64,000 nucleotides of DNA from Mustelus asterias (lineage: Eukaryota): NCBI RefSeq assembly GCF_964213995.1, contig NC_135812.1, positions 28,334,001-28,398,000 of the forward strand. Reading direction: 5' to 3'. Below are positions 1 through 12,800 of this stretch, in pieces. The notes below the pieces were generated by a model. The model was not told where the DNA came from. It worked only from the letters and a program-made list of their open reading frames with translations, and ran no database searches. The position numbers and the translations under genes are program-made. Positions within the stretch are counted from its first letter, which is position 1; the number at the start of each line of letters is the position of its first letter.

Positions 1-443
1 GTCTCCATCAGTATCCTTGAATCTGACCTGTATATGGTAAATGTGTAGTTTGAAGGGCAGGAGAGAGTAATGCACTTTTATTTGTATTCAGCAAATAATT
101 TTGATTTATTATATTCAGTAGAAGATGGCATCAAATAATGTTCTTTCTTAAAGATATACCATGTCCAAAAATAAGCTACTGTAGTATTTTTGGTAACTTG
201 AAAGGTTATTTGGTGTAATGGTGCTGGTAAGCCAGTAACTTATTCTCATGTACCTTTAATAGTTCTTTAAAGAAATTCTGATTTAACGTGCATTTCTTAT
301 TGTTCCCTCATTGATTAAAGAATTCAGTAAAAATATTTATGAGTTGCTTTTTTGTATCACCCTGTTATGCTTAGTAAAGCCACCTACTGGACATGCCTAG
401 ATAACACACCTCTGTAGGAATTACAATGTCTCAGAAAGACAAA

Positions 444-1733
444 GGCCCTGATTTTACCATTTTCATTCTAAGTGCTGAATCTGGGCGTAATGCAGATCCG
501 ACTTAGAAATCTGCTTTCAGGCGCCCCCATACGCTCTCAGCCACCTCCAGTCCCATTCGCGCTGTGGGCAGGGCTTAGCGCGGCCAAAACGATCAGAGCT
601 CTGAACTGCGCATGCGCAGTTAGAAATAAATTTGAAAAAGTGCGCCCGTATCCATCCCCCCCCCCCACTACCCACACACATCACTGACCCCCTTATCCAC
701 CCCCCCCACTACCCAGACCGATCGCCACCACTGCCCCCTTCCCTCCCCACCGATCGTCCGCAGAGTGGCAGCAGACCCCCCGCCCCCCCACCAGAGATCC
801 ATCTCCCCCCCCCCCCCCACGCAGAGTGGCAGCGGACCCCCCGCCCCCCACCAGCGATCCATCTGCCCCCCCCACTAGAGATCCAAGTGCCCCCCCACCA
901 GAGATCCATCTGCCCCCCCCCACCATAGATCCATCTACCCCCCCCCCCCCACCCAACCAGAGATCCATCTGCCCCCCCACCAGTGAGCGATCAGGCCTCC
1001 CCCACCCCGAGATACATTTTACCCGCCTCCCCCCCCCACCCCCCCCCCCCCCACCCCCCCCCCCCCCCCCCCCCCCCCCCCACCTCCCCGCCCTCCCAAG
1101 ACAAGGATCTGGCCTCATCATCCCCCCCCCCAGAGAATAGTCTGGCCTCACTCCCCCTCCAGAGGAACATCTGACCCGCATCCTCCCTCCCCACCAGACA
1201 ACGATCAGCCCTCCCCACCACCACCAGACAACGATCTCCCTCTCGCCCCCCCCCTCCTCCGCCAGAGATACATCTGACCCGCCGCCGCCTCCTCCCCACC
1301 CCCCCCAATCAGACAACGATCTGACCTCACTCCCCTCCTCCCCCCCCCCCCCCCCCCCAACCAGAGAATGATCCGACCCGCCTCCCTCCTCCCCCTCCAC
1401 CACTGATCTGAGCCAGAGAGCCGTTGGAAGCTCTGAACGCGCTCTTCAGAAGCTGGAGCGCCCGATTCAGACTTTTATTTAGCAGGTCCATTACGGCGCG
1501 GTTCCGGATTGGCGAACGCGGTGGTAAAGGGGCAAATGCTGATAAAGTTGGGCGGGCAGTTCATTAATTCAATTTATATGCATGCAAATGCATTTAAATC
1601 GTTGTTGTGCCCGTTTTGGGCGTGAAGCGGATCGCCGCCATTCCCGGGTTTCGGTAAAGTGGCAATCTGCGCGGGTGCGGATCGCGTTAATGGCCTCTCA
1701 CCTGACTTTACCACGTTTGGTAAAATAGGGCCC
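444..1733. mobile_element. Non-autonomous TIR element, probably PIF/Harbinger-derived, with an internal C-rich tandem array
   Basis: Ends GGCCCTGATTTTACCA and TGGTAAAATAGGGCCC are inverted; CpG-rich body; C-rich GATC-containing repeats at about 655-1405. Confidence 0.65.
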
Positions 1734-2166
1734 AATGAGACCCATTTCAGTCAACACCCAGATCCTGGAACCATCTAGAACTGAATTCCTGGTTTGAATG
1801 GGTCTTTTCAGAAACAAAAAAAATAATGGTCTCAAAACCATAGGGGGCTAGAAACAATAACCCAGGATTAGGTTCATTAAAGTAATGCCAATACCATAAT
1901 TTGAAGGGAGTTGCAAGCAGCCACATGGTGAGACAGCCATATTTTTAGGCTGCCACCTTTCGTTCAAACAGGCAGCCTGTAGAAAATACCATAGGAGACA
2001 GCAGCTGCAACAAAAGGTTGTATTTGTTTTGCCTTTAAAGAACTGGAGGCCATAATTTTAAAAGAACCGCCTAGCCTGATTCCATCTGTAAGAAAATTTG
2101 ACCTCCTGATATGAAAACCTCAAGTGCCGAGCTTTGTGATCTGCTGAACATTAATCTCATGACAAT

Positions 2167-2463
2167 TCATAGAGTCATAGAGATTTACAGCATGGAAACA
2201 GGCCCTTCGGCCCAACTTGTCCATGCCGCCCCTTTTTTTTTAAACCCCGAAGCTAGTCCCAATAGCCCACGTTTGGCCCAGATCCCTCGATACCCATCTT
2301 ATCCATGTAACTGTCTAAATGCTTTCCAAAAGACAAAATTGTACCCGCCTCTACTACTACCTCTGGCAGCTTGTTCCAGACACTCACCACCCTCTGTGTG
2401 AAAAAATTGCCCCTCTGGACACTTTTGTATCTCTCCCCTCTCACCTTAAACCTGTGCCCTCTA
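2167..2463 (-). mobile_element. CR1 3' end
   Basis: TRGHRFKVRGE..NFFTQRVVSVWN; CATAGAGT tail; same family as 55595-56200. Confidence 0.85.
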
Positions 2464-3743
2464 GTTATCATCATAAGCACTGGAGTATTAGAAAGGATGG
2501 TCTAAAGGTTCTCAGTTATCGATGCCTATTCTGGAAGAATTCACTTGAAGAATCTGCATGTCCTGACACATTACGAATGGCTGTCATGGAGATTCTACCA
2601 GCCACCCATGGCCAATGATTAATACTGAAAATATGGATTTACTGCTTTTCAATTCATAGAGTACTGTTAAGGATTGTGCTGGGGCAATTTTTTCACACAT
2701 GGTGGTGAGCGTCTGGAACAATCTACCAAAGGTGGTAGTAGAGGCGGGTACAATTTTGCCTTTTAAAAAGCATTTAGACAGTAACATTTTGAAGGCGAAC
2801 GTGCTAACTACAGACAGGAATTTCTGGTCCCTGCCGCCCAAAGTCAATGGATTTTTGGCCGCCTCTCCAGATTTTCTGTCCCGCCCGTGCCGAATCCTGC
2901 CAAGACAGGAAAATTTCGGCCTGCAGTTGTAGCCCAACTCCCAGTCATAGAATTATAGAATCCCTACAGTACATCCCTACAAGCTAATTGAATCTGAACG
3001 ACTCTCCGAAAGAGCATCCCACCCAGGCCCACCCCATCCCCACTTATCCTCCTAAACTACACATCTTGGGACACTCGGGGGCAATTTAGCGTGACCAATC
3101 CACCTAACATAGCTCAGATATCTGACTTCAGTTATTTTAACGCATCTGAACTACAATTCAAGAATGGAAAGACCTCTTTCGTTATTGGTCCCGCAGTGAC
3201 CGTTCTACTACAAAACCAACATGTGAACTGGGAACTATTCTTTTGGTTTACAACTTGTAAAAGTATACTAGTTTCTTTAATGTATGTTTCTTGTGTGTGG
3301 CGGGGTGCTGAGTGATTGACAGGACATTTAGAATTTCAGAATGAATGTATGAATAAATAATCCTCTCTATTTAAACCTACAAAAGCTTGCTGCTGTTACG
3401 AACATTGACTCCATACTTGAGGGAGCTTAGGTGCACACCCCTCTTTTCCAAAATTACACTGATTATAGACAGTAAGGAAAGGGAAGTGGGGGATTTCAGT
3501 TTATCTCTGCTACCTTGTCTGTAACAACCATCAAAAACAGAGTCAATGGCATGGTTCTGTGTATATGAATAAATAATCACAGCATAGCACCACTATTAAC
3601 ATTCTAAGTCTTTGAGCATTGTACTAAGTTCCAATATTCAATGGGTTATGGTTACAAGCTTTTCTGTTCACACTACTGTGGCCAATTTGCGAACAAATGG
3701 ACCATTTTATACATTGTAAGTCACTACGTTCTTTCTGCATTAG

Positions 3744-3884
3744 GATCCTGTCCCATCAGAGCTGGTGCAGTTGTTACAGAATTCTCAGGATGCCTTGCTG
3801 AAGGAACTATTTCCTGTTGAAAAGAAAGAACAGAATGATAATAAAGCTCAGAACAAAGCAGCTACTGTGGTCTCCAAATTTAAG
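3744..3884 (+). CDS. MYO19: MYO19 exon ([12 protein letters not shown]...TVVSKFK)
   Basis: ttag|GAT acceptor and AAG|gtctgt donor; 141 bp open frame. Confidence 0.93.
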
Positions 3885-6800
3885 GTCTGTTTTAACACTG
3901 CATTTCTATACCTGACACATACAAAATGAGTCTCTTGTAGTTCTGTCCTGCAATATTTCTCCACCTTTTCCTTCTCCTTTAGGGATCACTGGAAAGACTA
4001 ATGTGTATATTGAACAACACCACACCTCACTACATCAGATGCATCAAACCTAACATGGACTGCAAACCACTCCTTTTCAAATCAGAAGAGGTACTGTCAT
4101 AGAATAAGAAAAATTGCTCAAGTTGATGAGGTTATAAGCAATAAACTAGTTTTGGCTATTCAAATTATGCTGATAAAAATTGATTTAGATTGGTAATGTT
4201 AACGTGTCTCCTTTCAGAGGCTGTAAAATAGTGTTTTGGTTGAAAAATGTTCTAGTTAGCTTTACCTTTTTAGGTACATTATTTCAGTTAGTGCTGGCAG
4301 TTTAAACAATTGTTTTAGTCTACAGTTTCAAAATATCATTGTTAAATGGAGTTTTATTTTTGGAAGCTTCAGGTATTGTGTAATCACCTTCAGCAAAGTG
4401 GTATTTCAGAGTGTAAAATGTTTAATTTCTGCAACTAAATTATTTCCCAACATTTTGAATCGATGCTTTGGCTGTATACAATTTTACTGCAGAAGCACCA
4501 TGCTTTTGTCCACTAAAGCTAACCAGAAAGAAATTTACCTCAAACGTTTGAGAGTACTTAAGCTTTTTTTCACAAAGTAATCTGTTTGCTTTAGATTCTC
4601 AGCCAACTAGAAGCTTGTGGTATAGTTGAAACAATCAACATCAGTGCAGCTGGATTCCCTATTAGGTACGTTAGACGATTACCATGTTAGCTTTTTCAAA
4701 TGGTAAAAACTCATGGCTCCTTGTGTGCCATGTATTAATTACCTGAGTGGAATAAAGGAACTTGAGCTCATAGATCTTGACGTATGCCTAAAACTTAATG
4801 GAACATTATGTATAATAATTATGGCCTATTTGTTCCTTATGGGCTATGAATAACTAATTGTGGAAAGCACACACTAAAGAAGCTACAAATCAGTCAGAGA
4901 ATACTGATTGACTTGATGGATGGTTCCTTTGGGGAAGATATAGCAGTGTGAAATTTGCATTCCATTTGACTTGGATTAAAAACTGACTGTTTTGATTTGA
5001 CTTATTATTGTCACGTATTATCATACAGTGAAAAGTATTGTTTCTTGCGCACTATACGGACAAAACATACTGTTCATAGAGAAGGAAACGAGAGAGTGCA
5101 GAATGTAGTGTTACAGTTATAGCTAGGGTGTTGAGAAAGACCAACTTAATGCGAGGTCTGACAGCAGCATAGAAGAAGCTGTTCTTGAGTCGGTTGGTAC
5201 ATGACTCAGACTTCTGTATTTTTTTTCCTGAAGGAAGAAGCTGGAAGAGAGAATGTCTGGGGTGCATGGGGTCCTTAATTATGCTGGCTGCTTTGCCGAG
5301 GCAGCGGGAAGTGTAGATAGAGTCCATGGATGGGAGGCTGGTTTGTGTGATGGATTGGGCTACACTCATGACCTTTTGTAGATCCTTGCGGTCTTGGGCA
5401 GAGCAGGAGCTCTGCTCTGCATTATAAGTTATGCTTCATAAACTACATTTTTGTTCACATATGGTGACTAACAGTACTTTGCAATTTAGGGTCCCATACC
5501 AGCATTTTCTGGAGCGCTACGGACTTCTGAGAACGTATTGGCAACTGGATTTAAAAACTGCAGCTAGGTTTAATGGATGCTCTCCTGCCAAAAAGAGGAA
5601 AAGTTAGTCATATTTATTCTGTTGGTAATTTTAAGAGAAACGTTTATAACATAAACTTTGTGTAAACTCAGTGAAATATTCACAGTTTTAGTACTGGATT
5701 GATAACCTTATTTAGAGTAAAATAACTTTTTTAATATACTGGTTAAGTTTAATGTTGCATTTTTATAATTGGTACTATATTAAATTCATCCTCTTAATTT
5801 TCTCTCCTTTTTCCTTTGTTGTTTTTTTCTCTGTCTTTCTCCTTCCAGTTTCTGTCGATTTGAGTTCACCAATTCCTACATTTTCTGTCTGCTGCCTTCA
5901 ACTTGCTAATTGCCTCGACTTTGTTATGGTATCTCTGCCTTCTCACATCTGCCTATACTGAAGATGCTGTTGCCATGGAAATGGATATCGTTTGCCTTTG
6001 CAGGTTCATCATCAGCAGATGGCAGCACTGAGGCTTTGCAGTTCACTGCACGGGACATTCTCACGAATGTACTAGCTGGCCAAAATGTCACATCATCCTG
6101 TAAGCCAGCTGAGAACAGGTCATGTAACTCATTGGTACATTGTGGCAAAACAAAAGTGTTCATGACTCATAGTATGGTAAGTTGCCTAAATTATCTTGAA
6201 AAATTCTCTTTCCGGTTATGGATCTGATTTTTCATTTAGAAAAGGAGTAGGCTATTCAAACCCCCCAAACCATTCAAAGCATGCAAAACAGCCATGATCT
6301 CAAACTCCATCCACCTGCCCTGGTCTCATATGACTTCAGTAAGAAGTTTCACAACACCAGGTTAAAGTCCAACAGGTTTATTTGGTAGCAAATACCATAA
6401 GCTTTCGGAGCACTGCTCCTTCGTCAGATGGAGTGGAAATTTCCACATCGAGATTTCCACTCCATCTGACGAAGGAGCAGTGCTCCGAAAGCTTATGGTA
6501 TTTGCTACCAAATAAACCTGTTGGACTTTAACCTGGTGTTGTGAGACTTCTCACTGTGTTCACCCCAGTCCAACGCCGGCATCTCCACATCATGACTCAT
6601 ATGACTTAACATCCTTGGCTAACAAAAGTCTATCAATCTCAACCTTAGAATGATTAACTGAGCTAGTGTCTATTGGTTCTTGTGGAAGAGAATTACACAC
6701 TTATACCTGTTTTCTAACCTCTTTTGTGAATGCCCTGGCTCGAATTTTAAGATGACATCCTCTTCATAGAATCATACAATCTACAGTGCAGAAAGAGGCC

Positions 6801-9800
6801 ATCGTGCCTGCACCGACAACAATCCTATTGAGGTCCCACCGGGTTTCTTCCGGGTGCTCCAGTTTCCTCCCACGGTCCAAAGATGTGCGGGTTAGGTTGA
6901 TTGGCCACGATAAATTGTCCCTTAATATCGGGGGGGGGGGGAAGGTGTTTAGGAGGGCAAATATGTGTGGTTACAGGGACAGGACCTGGGTGGGATTGTT
7001 GTTGGTGCAGGCACGATGGGCCAATTGTTGTCGGTGCAGACACGGGGAGAATGTGCAAACTCTACACGTACAGTCACCTGAGGCTGGAATTGAATGCGGG
7101 TCCCTAGCACTGTGAGACAGCAGTGCTAACCACTGTGCCATTGTGCTGCCCCTATGTCTAAGGGGCTTGTCAAAGTCTATGTCTTGTCTAAGACATGCCC
7201 ACCAGCAGAAGAAATTTGTAAATTTCTTTGAGAATCCAAAAAACATAAAATTAAAAAAATTACAAGGATACATTGATACATTAAGCAAAAGGGGTAAAAC
7301 TGTGGCAGATGGATTTCAACATCGGCAAGTGTGAGACCATCCATGTTGTACCATAAAATAGTAGATCAAGTATTTATTTTTAATGGTATGAAGACATCCA
7401 TAGTGAAGGCCCAAAAGAGATTTAGGGGTCAACGTTTCTCAATCAAATCATCCCTTAGTCTTTTTTATTCCAGGAAGTGCAAGGCATTATGTCATCTCTC
7501 CTTGCAATCTAACCGTAGAACCCTGGTACCCTTCTGGCCAAATTATGCTGCATTGTTCCTAAAGCCAATGTAACATTTCTAAGGTGCATAACCCAAAACT
7601 GTATATAATACTCTAGATATGGCATAAGAAGGGCTTTGTATAGTTGTAACAATACCTCTTGCCCTTCATATTCTAGCTCTCTAGCAATGTATGTTCGCGC
7701 TTTTGATGTTTGGTTATACCTGACCCCTAAATCTCTTTGGACTTTCACTATGGCTTTACACCATTTAAAATAAATACTAAGTTTACACCATTTAAAAAAA
7801 TACTTGATCTGTATTTTATGGTGTAACATGGATGGTCTCACACTTGCCTATGTTGAAATCCATCTGCCACAGTTTTGCCCATTCACTTAAAGTATCAATG
7901 TATCTTTATAATTTTTAAATTTCATGCTTGCTTCATTCAAGAGATGTGGACTTCACTGGCTAGGCCAGCATTTATTGCCTATCCCTAATTCCCCTTGAGA
8001 AGGTGGTGGTGACCTGCCTTCTTGAGCCACTACAGTCCATGTAGAGTAGGTATATCCATAGTGCTGTTCAGAAAGGAATTCCAGGATTTTTACTCGGCGA
8101 CAGTGAAGGAATGGTAATATATTTCCAAGTCAGGATGGTGAGTGGCTTGGAGGGACACTTGCAGGTGGTGGTGTTCCCATGCACCTGCTGTCCTTGTCCT
8201 TCAAGATGTGGGTTTGGAAGATGATGTCTAAGGAGCCTTGGTGAGTTCCTGCTGTACTTCTTGTAGATGGTACACGCTGTGCCACTGTGCATTTGTGGTG
8301 GAGGGGGTGAATGTGCCAGTCAAGTGGGCTGCTTTGTCCTGGATGGTGTCAAGCTTCTTGAGTGTTGTTGGAGCTACATTCATCCAGACAAGTGGAGAGT
8401 ATTCCATCACACTCTTGTCTATTCTTCCACCAACTTTGTGTCATTGGCAAACTTGGGAATATGGCTTTCTATTTAACTCATTACTAAGTATAATGAAATA
8501 GTTGGGGCAGCACAGTGGTTAGCACTGCTCCCTCACAGCGCAGGGGCCTGGTTTCGATTCCCAGCTTGGGTCACTGTCTGTGCGGAGTTTGCACATTCGC
8601 CCCGTGTCTGCGTGGGTTTCCTCCGGGTGCTCCGGTTTCCTCCCACAGTCCGAAAGACGTGTTGGTTAGGTACATTGGCCATGCTAAATTCACCCTCAAT
8701 GTACTCAAACAGGTGCCTGAGTGTGGCGACTAGAGGATTTTCACAGTAACTTTATTGCAGTGTTAATGTAAGCCTACTTCTGACACTAATAATTAAATTT
8801 TAAACCATGCAGGTAAATGATTTGCCTTCAATTTCATGAGCTTTAATTTTTAGCTGATTATCTTTTTATTTGAAACTTTATCCAACATCTTTAAGTCCAT
8901 ATAAACCACATTCACAGACATTCCTTTGCCTCCTACTTTTGAAGTGTAGTCATTATTGCAAAGCAGATTATGAAAGGATGCAAATATTTTAAAGGGTCAG
9001 TAAATGTTTACATTATTAAATCCCTTTTAGCTCGAGTTGCTTGAAAGTGCAAGGAGTCAAACACTTTCCAAGAAAGCACTTTGTATTCAATGTAGTTGGA
9101 GAAGATATCGTCGGAGAAAATTAGCACGATTGAGGCGAGCAGCAACTATCATTCAAGCAGGCAAGTGTTACACCCTCTCAGGTCATCTTCTAAGGGATCT
9201 TCGTGTTGAAATGAAACACAATTCACTCCAGGGATTAGTGTTTGCCTCAAGCATTCCTATCACAGGTTTATCAGGAAATCTCCCTCTGCTGTCTAACAAG
9301 TTGCCTGAACTCAGCCTTGGAAGCATTGAATTATTGTGACATTAGTTATTTTTCTCAGTTCCTCATTAACTTTTGGAATTTCCCAGTTAGCTTTAAATTA
9401 GGAAAATAACGCAAGTGTTTTAGTGCCACAAAGAGCTGAATTGATGATCCCTTTGCATACAACATTGGGCCCAAATTTGCAACCTAAATCCAAGAGAATA
9501 TTGGAACAGTTACAGGCCATTAAGCACCTCATGCCTGTTCCACTATTCAGTAGATCAGAGATGACCTGTACTTCAACTCCATTTATCTGCCTTTGATCCA
9601 GACTCCTTGATTTCCCTTTATCTAATGAAAATAGGTCTACGTTGAAAATTTAAGTTGAAGCAGCAATCGCAACCTTTTTGGAGAGTGAGTTCCATATTTC
9701 CATTACTGGTGATCGAGAGTAGACTGATGGGGTGGTAATTAGTTGGGTTGGATTTGTTCTGTTTGTTGTGTACAGGACATACCTAGGCAATTTTCCACAT

Positions 9801-12800
9801 TCCACAGATGCCAGGGTTGTAGCTGTACTGGAACAGCTTGGCCAGGGGCAGGGCAAGTTGTGGAACACAAGTCTTCAGTACTATTGCCAGACTCTTGTCA
9901 AACCAATAGCCTTTGCAGTATCCAGTGCTTTCAGCTTTTCTTGATAACGTGTGGAATGAATTGAATTGGCTGAAGGCTGACATATGTGATGCTGGGGACC
10001 TCTGGAGGAGGCTAAGATGGATCATCCACTTGGCACTTCTGGCTGAAGGTTGTTGCGAATGTTTCAGCCTTGTCTTTTGCAACAATGTACTGGGCTGCTC
10101 CATAATTGGGGATGGTTAAATTTTGTGGACCTTCCTCCTTCAGTGAGTTGTTTAATTGTGCATCACCATTCATGGCTTGGTGTGGCAGGATTACAGAGCT
10201 TCGATCTGATCTGATGGTTATGAAATTGCTTAGCTCTGTCTATTACTTGCTGGTTTTGCTGTTTGGCAGGCAAGTAGTCCTATGTTGTAGCTTCACCAGG
10301 TTGACACCTCATTTTTAGATACCATGTCCTCCTGCACTCTTCATTGAACCCAGGGTTGAACCCCTAGCTTGGTGGTAATAGTAGAATGGGGAATATGCCA
10401 GGCCATGAGGTTACAGATTGTGGTCGAGTACAATCCTGCTGCTGCTCATGGCCACAGTGCCTCAAGGATTTCTACTATCTGAGGATGCTGGAATCGGAAA
10501 CAAAAACAGAAAATGCTGGAAAATCTCAGCAGGTCAGATGGCCTCTGGGGAGGGAGAATGGAGCCTACTTTGCGAGTTTGTAGCTCTGATGAAGGGTCAC
10601 CCAGACTCAACATTGGCTCCATTCTCTCTCCACAGATGTTGTCAGACCTGCTGAGATTTTGAATTAAGTGTTGCTGTTATACAACTGTTCTCCAGTGCTT
10701 ATATTAAAAGAGAAGCAAGAGAAAGACATTAAGTAATTCAATCTGGTTCCTAAGCTATCTGTTCCGGCTGTTCAGACCAAAAAACCATGTGCACAGCTGT
10801 CCATATTAGATGCTTGATATGTTTGTTTCCCTCACCTCCCCTGTCCCAACCTCAAGTTTAATTTTTATTCTCCCCCTGCCCGACCTGCCAATCCTGGCTT
10901 CCAGTGTCAGACTCACTTCAGCTACCCTCACCACCTAACCCAGCTCCACCATCCCTAACTCAATTCAAAATTTTGACAGTCGGTTCTGCACGTCACAGAC
11001 CTAATGACAAACATCAAGATACATAAGTTCTGGCCGACTTATCAACAAGCTGACTGGCTAAAAATATGTCATGCATAAGGTGTGGAGTTCCTGTAACACA
11101 TTGGGACGTGATAGACTCCCAAAATAATTTTCTAAGTGACTCTTGCCAAATGTAACACTTGCTCTTCATTTTTAATTTGCCAGAAAATTGGTAGTAGCAG
11201 CTATTAATCATTCTGCAAATGTTCCTTGTCCAGCCAAGTCTGCTACCTCCCACATACATGCTGACATATGCACAAATGGGCCTCTCAACTTCAGTTTCCA
11301 ACTGAATACAGGCAAACTTATTTCGTATTAAATTATGTAGGACAAAAGGCCTATCAGTTGGTTTAAAGTTTTATATTGATGTAGGTTGTAGCAATTCATT
11401 GCCTGTTTTTACAACCAGTGCATTCTTGCAAGTTTACAGTTAATTTATTTGTTTCTCTGCAGCTATTAGATCGTGGTTGACCAGTCGATGGATTAAAAAG
11501 CTCCATCATTCTGCCATGGTGCTGCAACGAGCATGGAAAACCTGGAAAGTGAGTTGCAACATTGAAATTAAAAATGCTGCTGTATCTAACTTAACTGAAT
11601 ACCGGAATGCAGTTCAAAATTAATTTTTTAAGTTACTGAAACTGCCTTTCTGAAGAGCTAAATTTTATCAAATTTTAAAATTTACTTACATACACGTTTT
11701 GATCCCAAAGTCTGGCATGACAGTGGATATTGCATCAGCAGCATGGTGGCACAGTGATTAGCACTGCTGCCTCACAGCGCCCGGGACCTGGGTTCGATTC
11801 CCGGTTTGGATCACGTTCTCCCCGTGTCTGCATGGGTTTCCTCTGGGTGCTCTGGTTTCCTCCCACTCTCCAAGGATGTGTGAGTTAGGTGGATTGGCCA
11901 TGTTAAATTGCCCTTAGTGTCAGGGGTCTAGCTAGGGTTATGGGGATAGGGTCTGGGTTGGTTTGTGGTCAGTGTAGACTCGATGGGCCAAGTGGCCTCC
12001 TCCTGCACTCTGATTCTATGAGACTTCTGTAAAATGAATAAATCCCATTTTTTTGTGGTACCAATGTAAATTCCAATATATTGAAGTTTTGAGTTTCTTT
12101 GAGTAATCAGCTGCAAAATAAAAAATCCTGGCATTCATTCAGCATGAATTGCTGCAGTGTAAGTTTCTGAATCCATATATTTCTTTAGCGTGTACTGAAC
12201 GATAGAAAGAAAAATAAAATTAATTTTTATTTTAAATAACCTTTTATTATATCTTTGAGCTGTCCCATGGATCTTTCACATTAGTGAATTATTTTGGAGT
12301 GTAGTCACTTGTTCAGGGGAAAGAAGCATGTGATTTATCTCATACACAAGTGTAATTAGGGAACAGTTGATCTATATTTTGGTTGTGATGGTTGATTGTG
12401 GAATGTTGGCCAGGATGCCGTGAGAACTTCCAGTTCCCTTTTCCTACATAACAATGGGTCTACTACAAAACAAAAACCTTTAGTTGTAAAGTGTGTTGTG
12501 ACATGCTAAGAACATTATTTGTTATATAAATGCAATATTGTTCTTTCCTTTCTCTTTTAATGGAGCCATTGCACCTTTATTGCATTCACTGGATACTTTT
12601 TAAATGCCTATTCGAAAAGACAGCATCTCTGACAGTAGTGCACTGCGACGTTAGCTTATATTATGTATTCAGGTCCTGGAATGGGGCAAACTCACAACCT
12701 TTCTGACTCTGAGTTACCAAATGAGCCAAGCAGGCACATAAACTCAGCTATTCAACTAATCTCTTCTTTTTAATTGCTAAAATCTTTAGATTAAAATGGA

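Noticed and set aside
632-1403. Pro-rich and Gly-rich ORFs up to 236 aa
   Set aside because: They are translations of C-rich tandem repeats and homopolymers inside a TIR element in a MYO19 intron; run lengths may also be sequencing-error prone.
10582-10618. Functional hammerhead ribozyme
   Set aside because: The GAAA core is partly deleted, so it is recorded only as a decayed relic.
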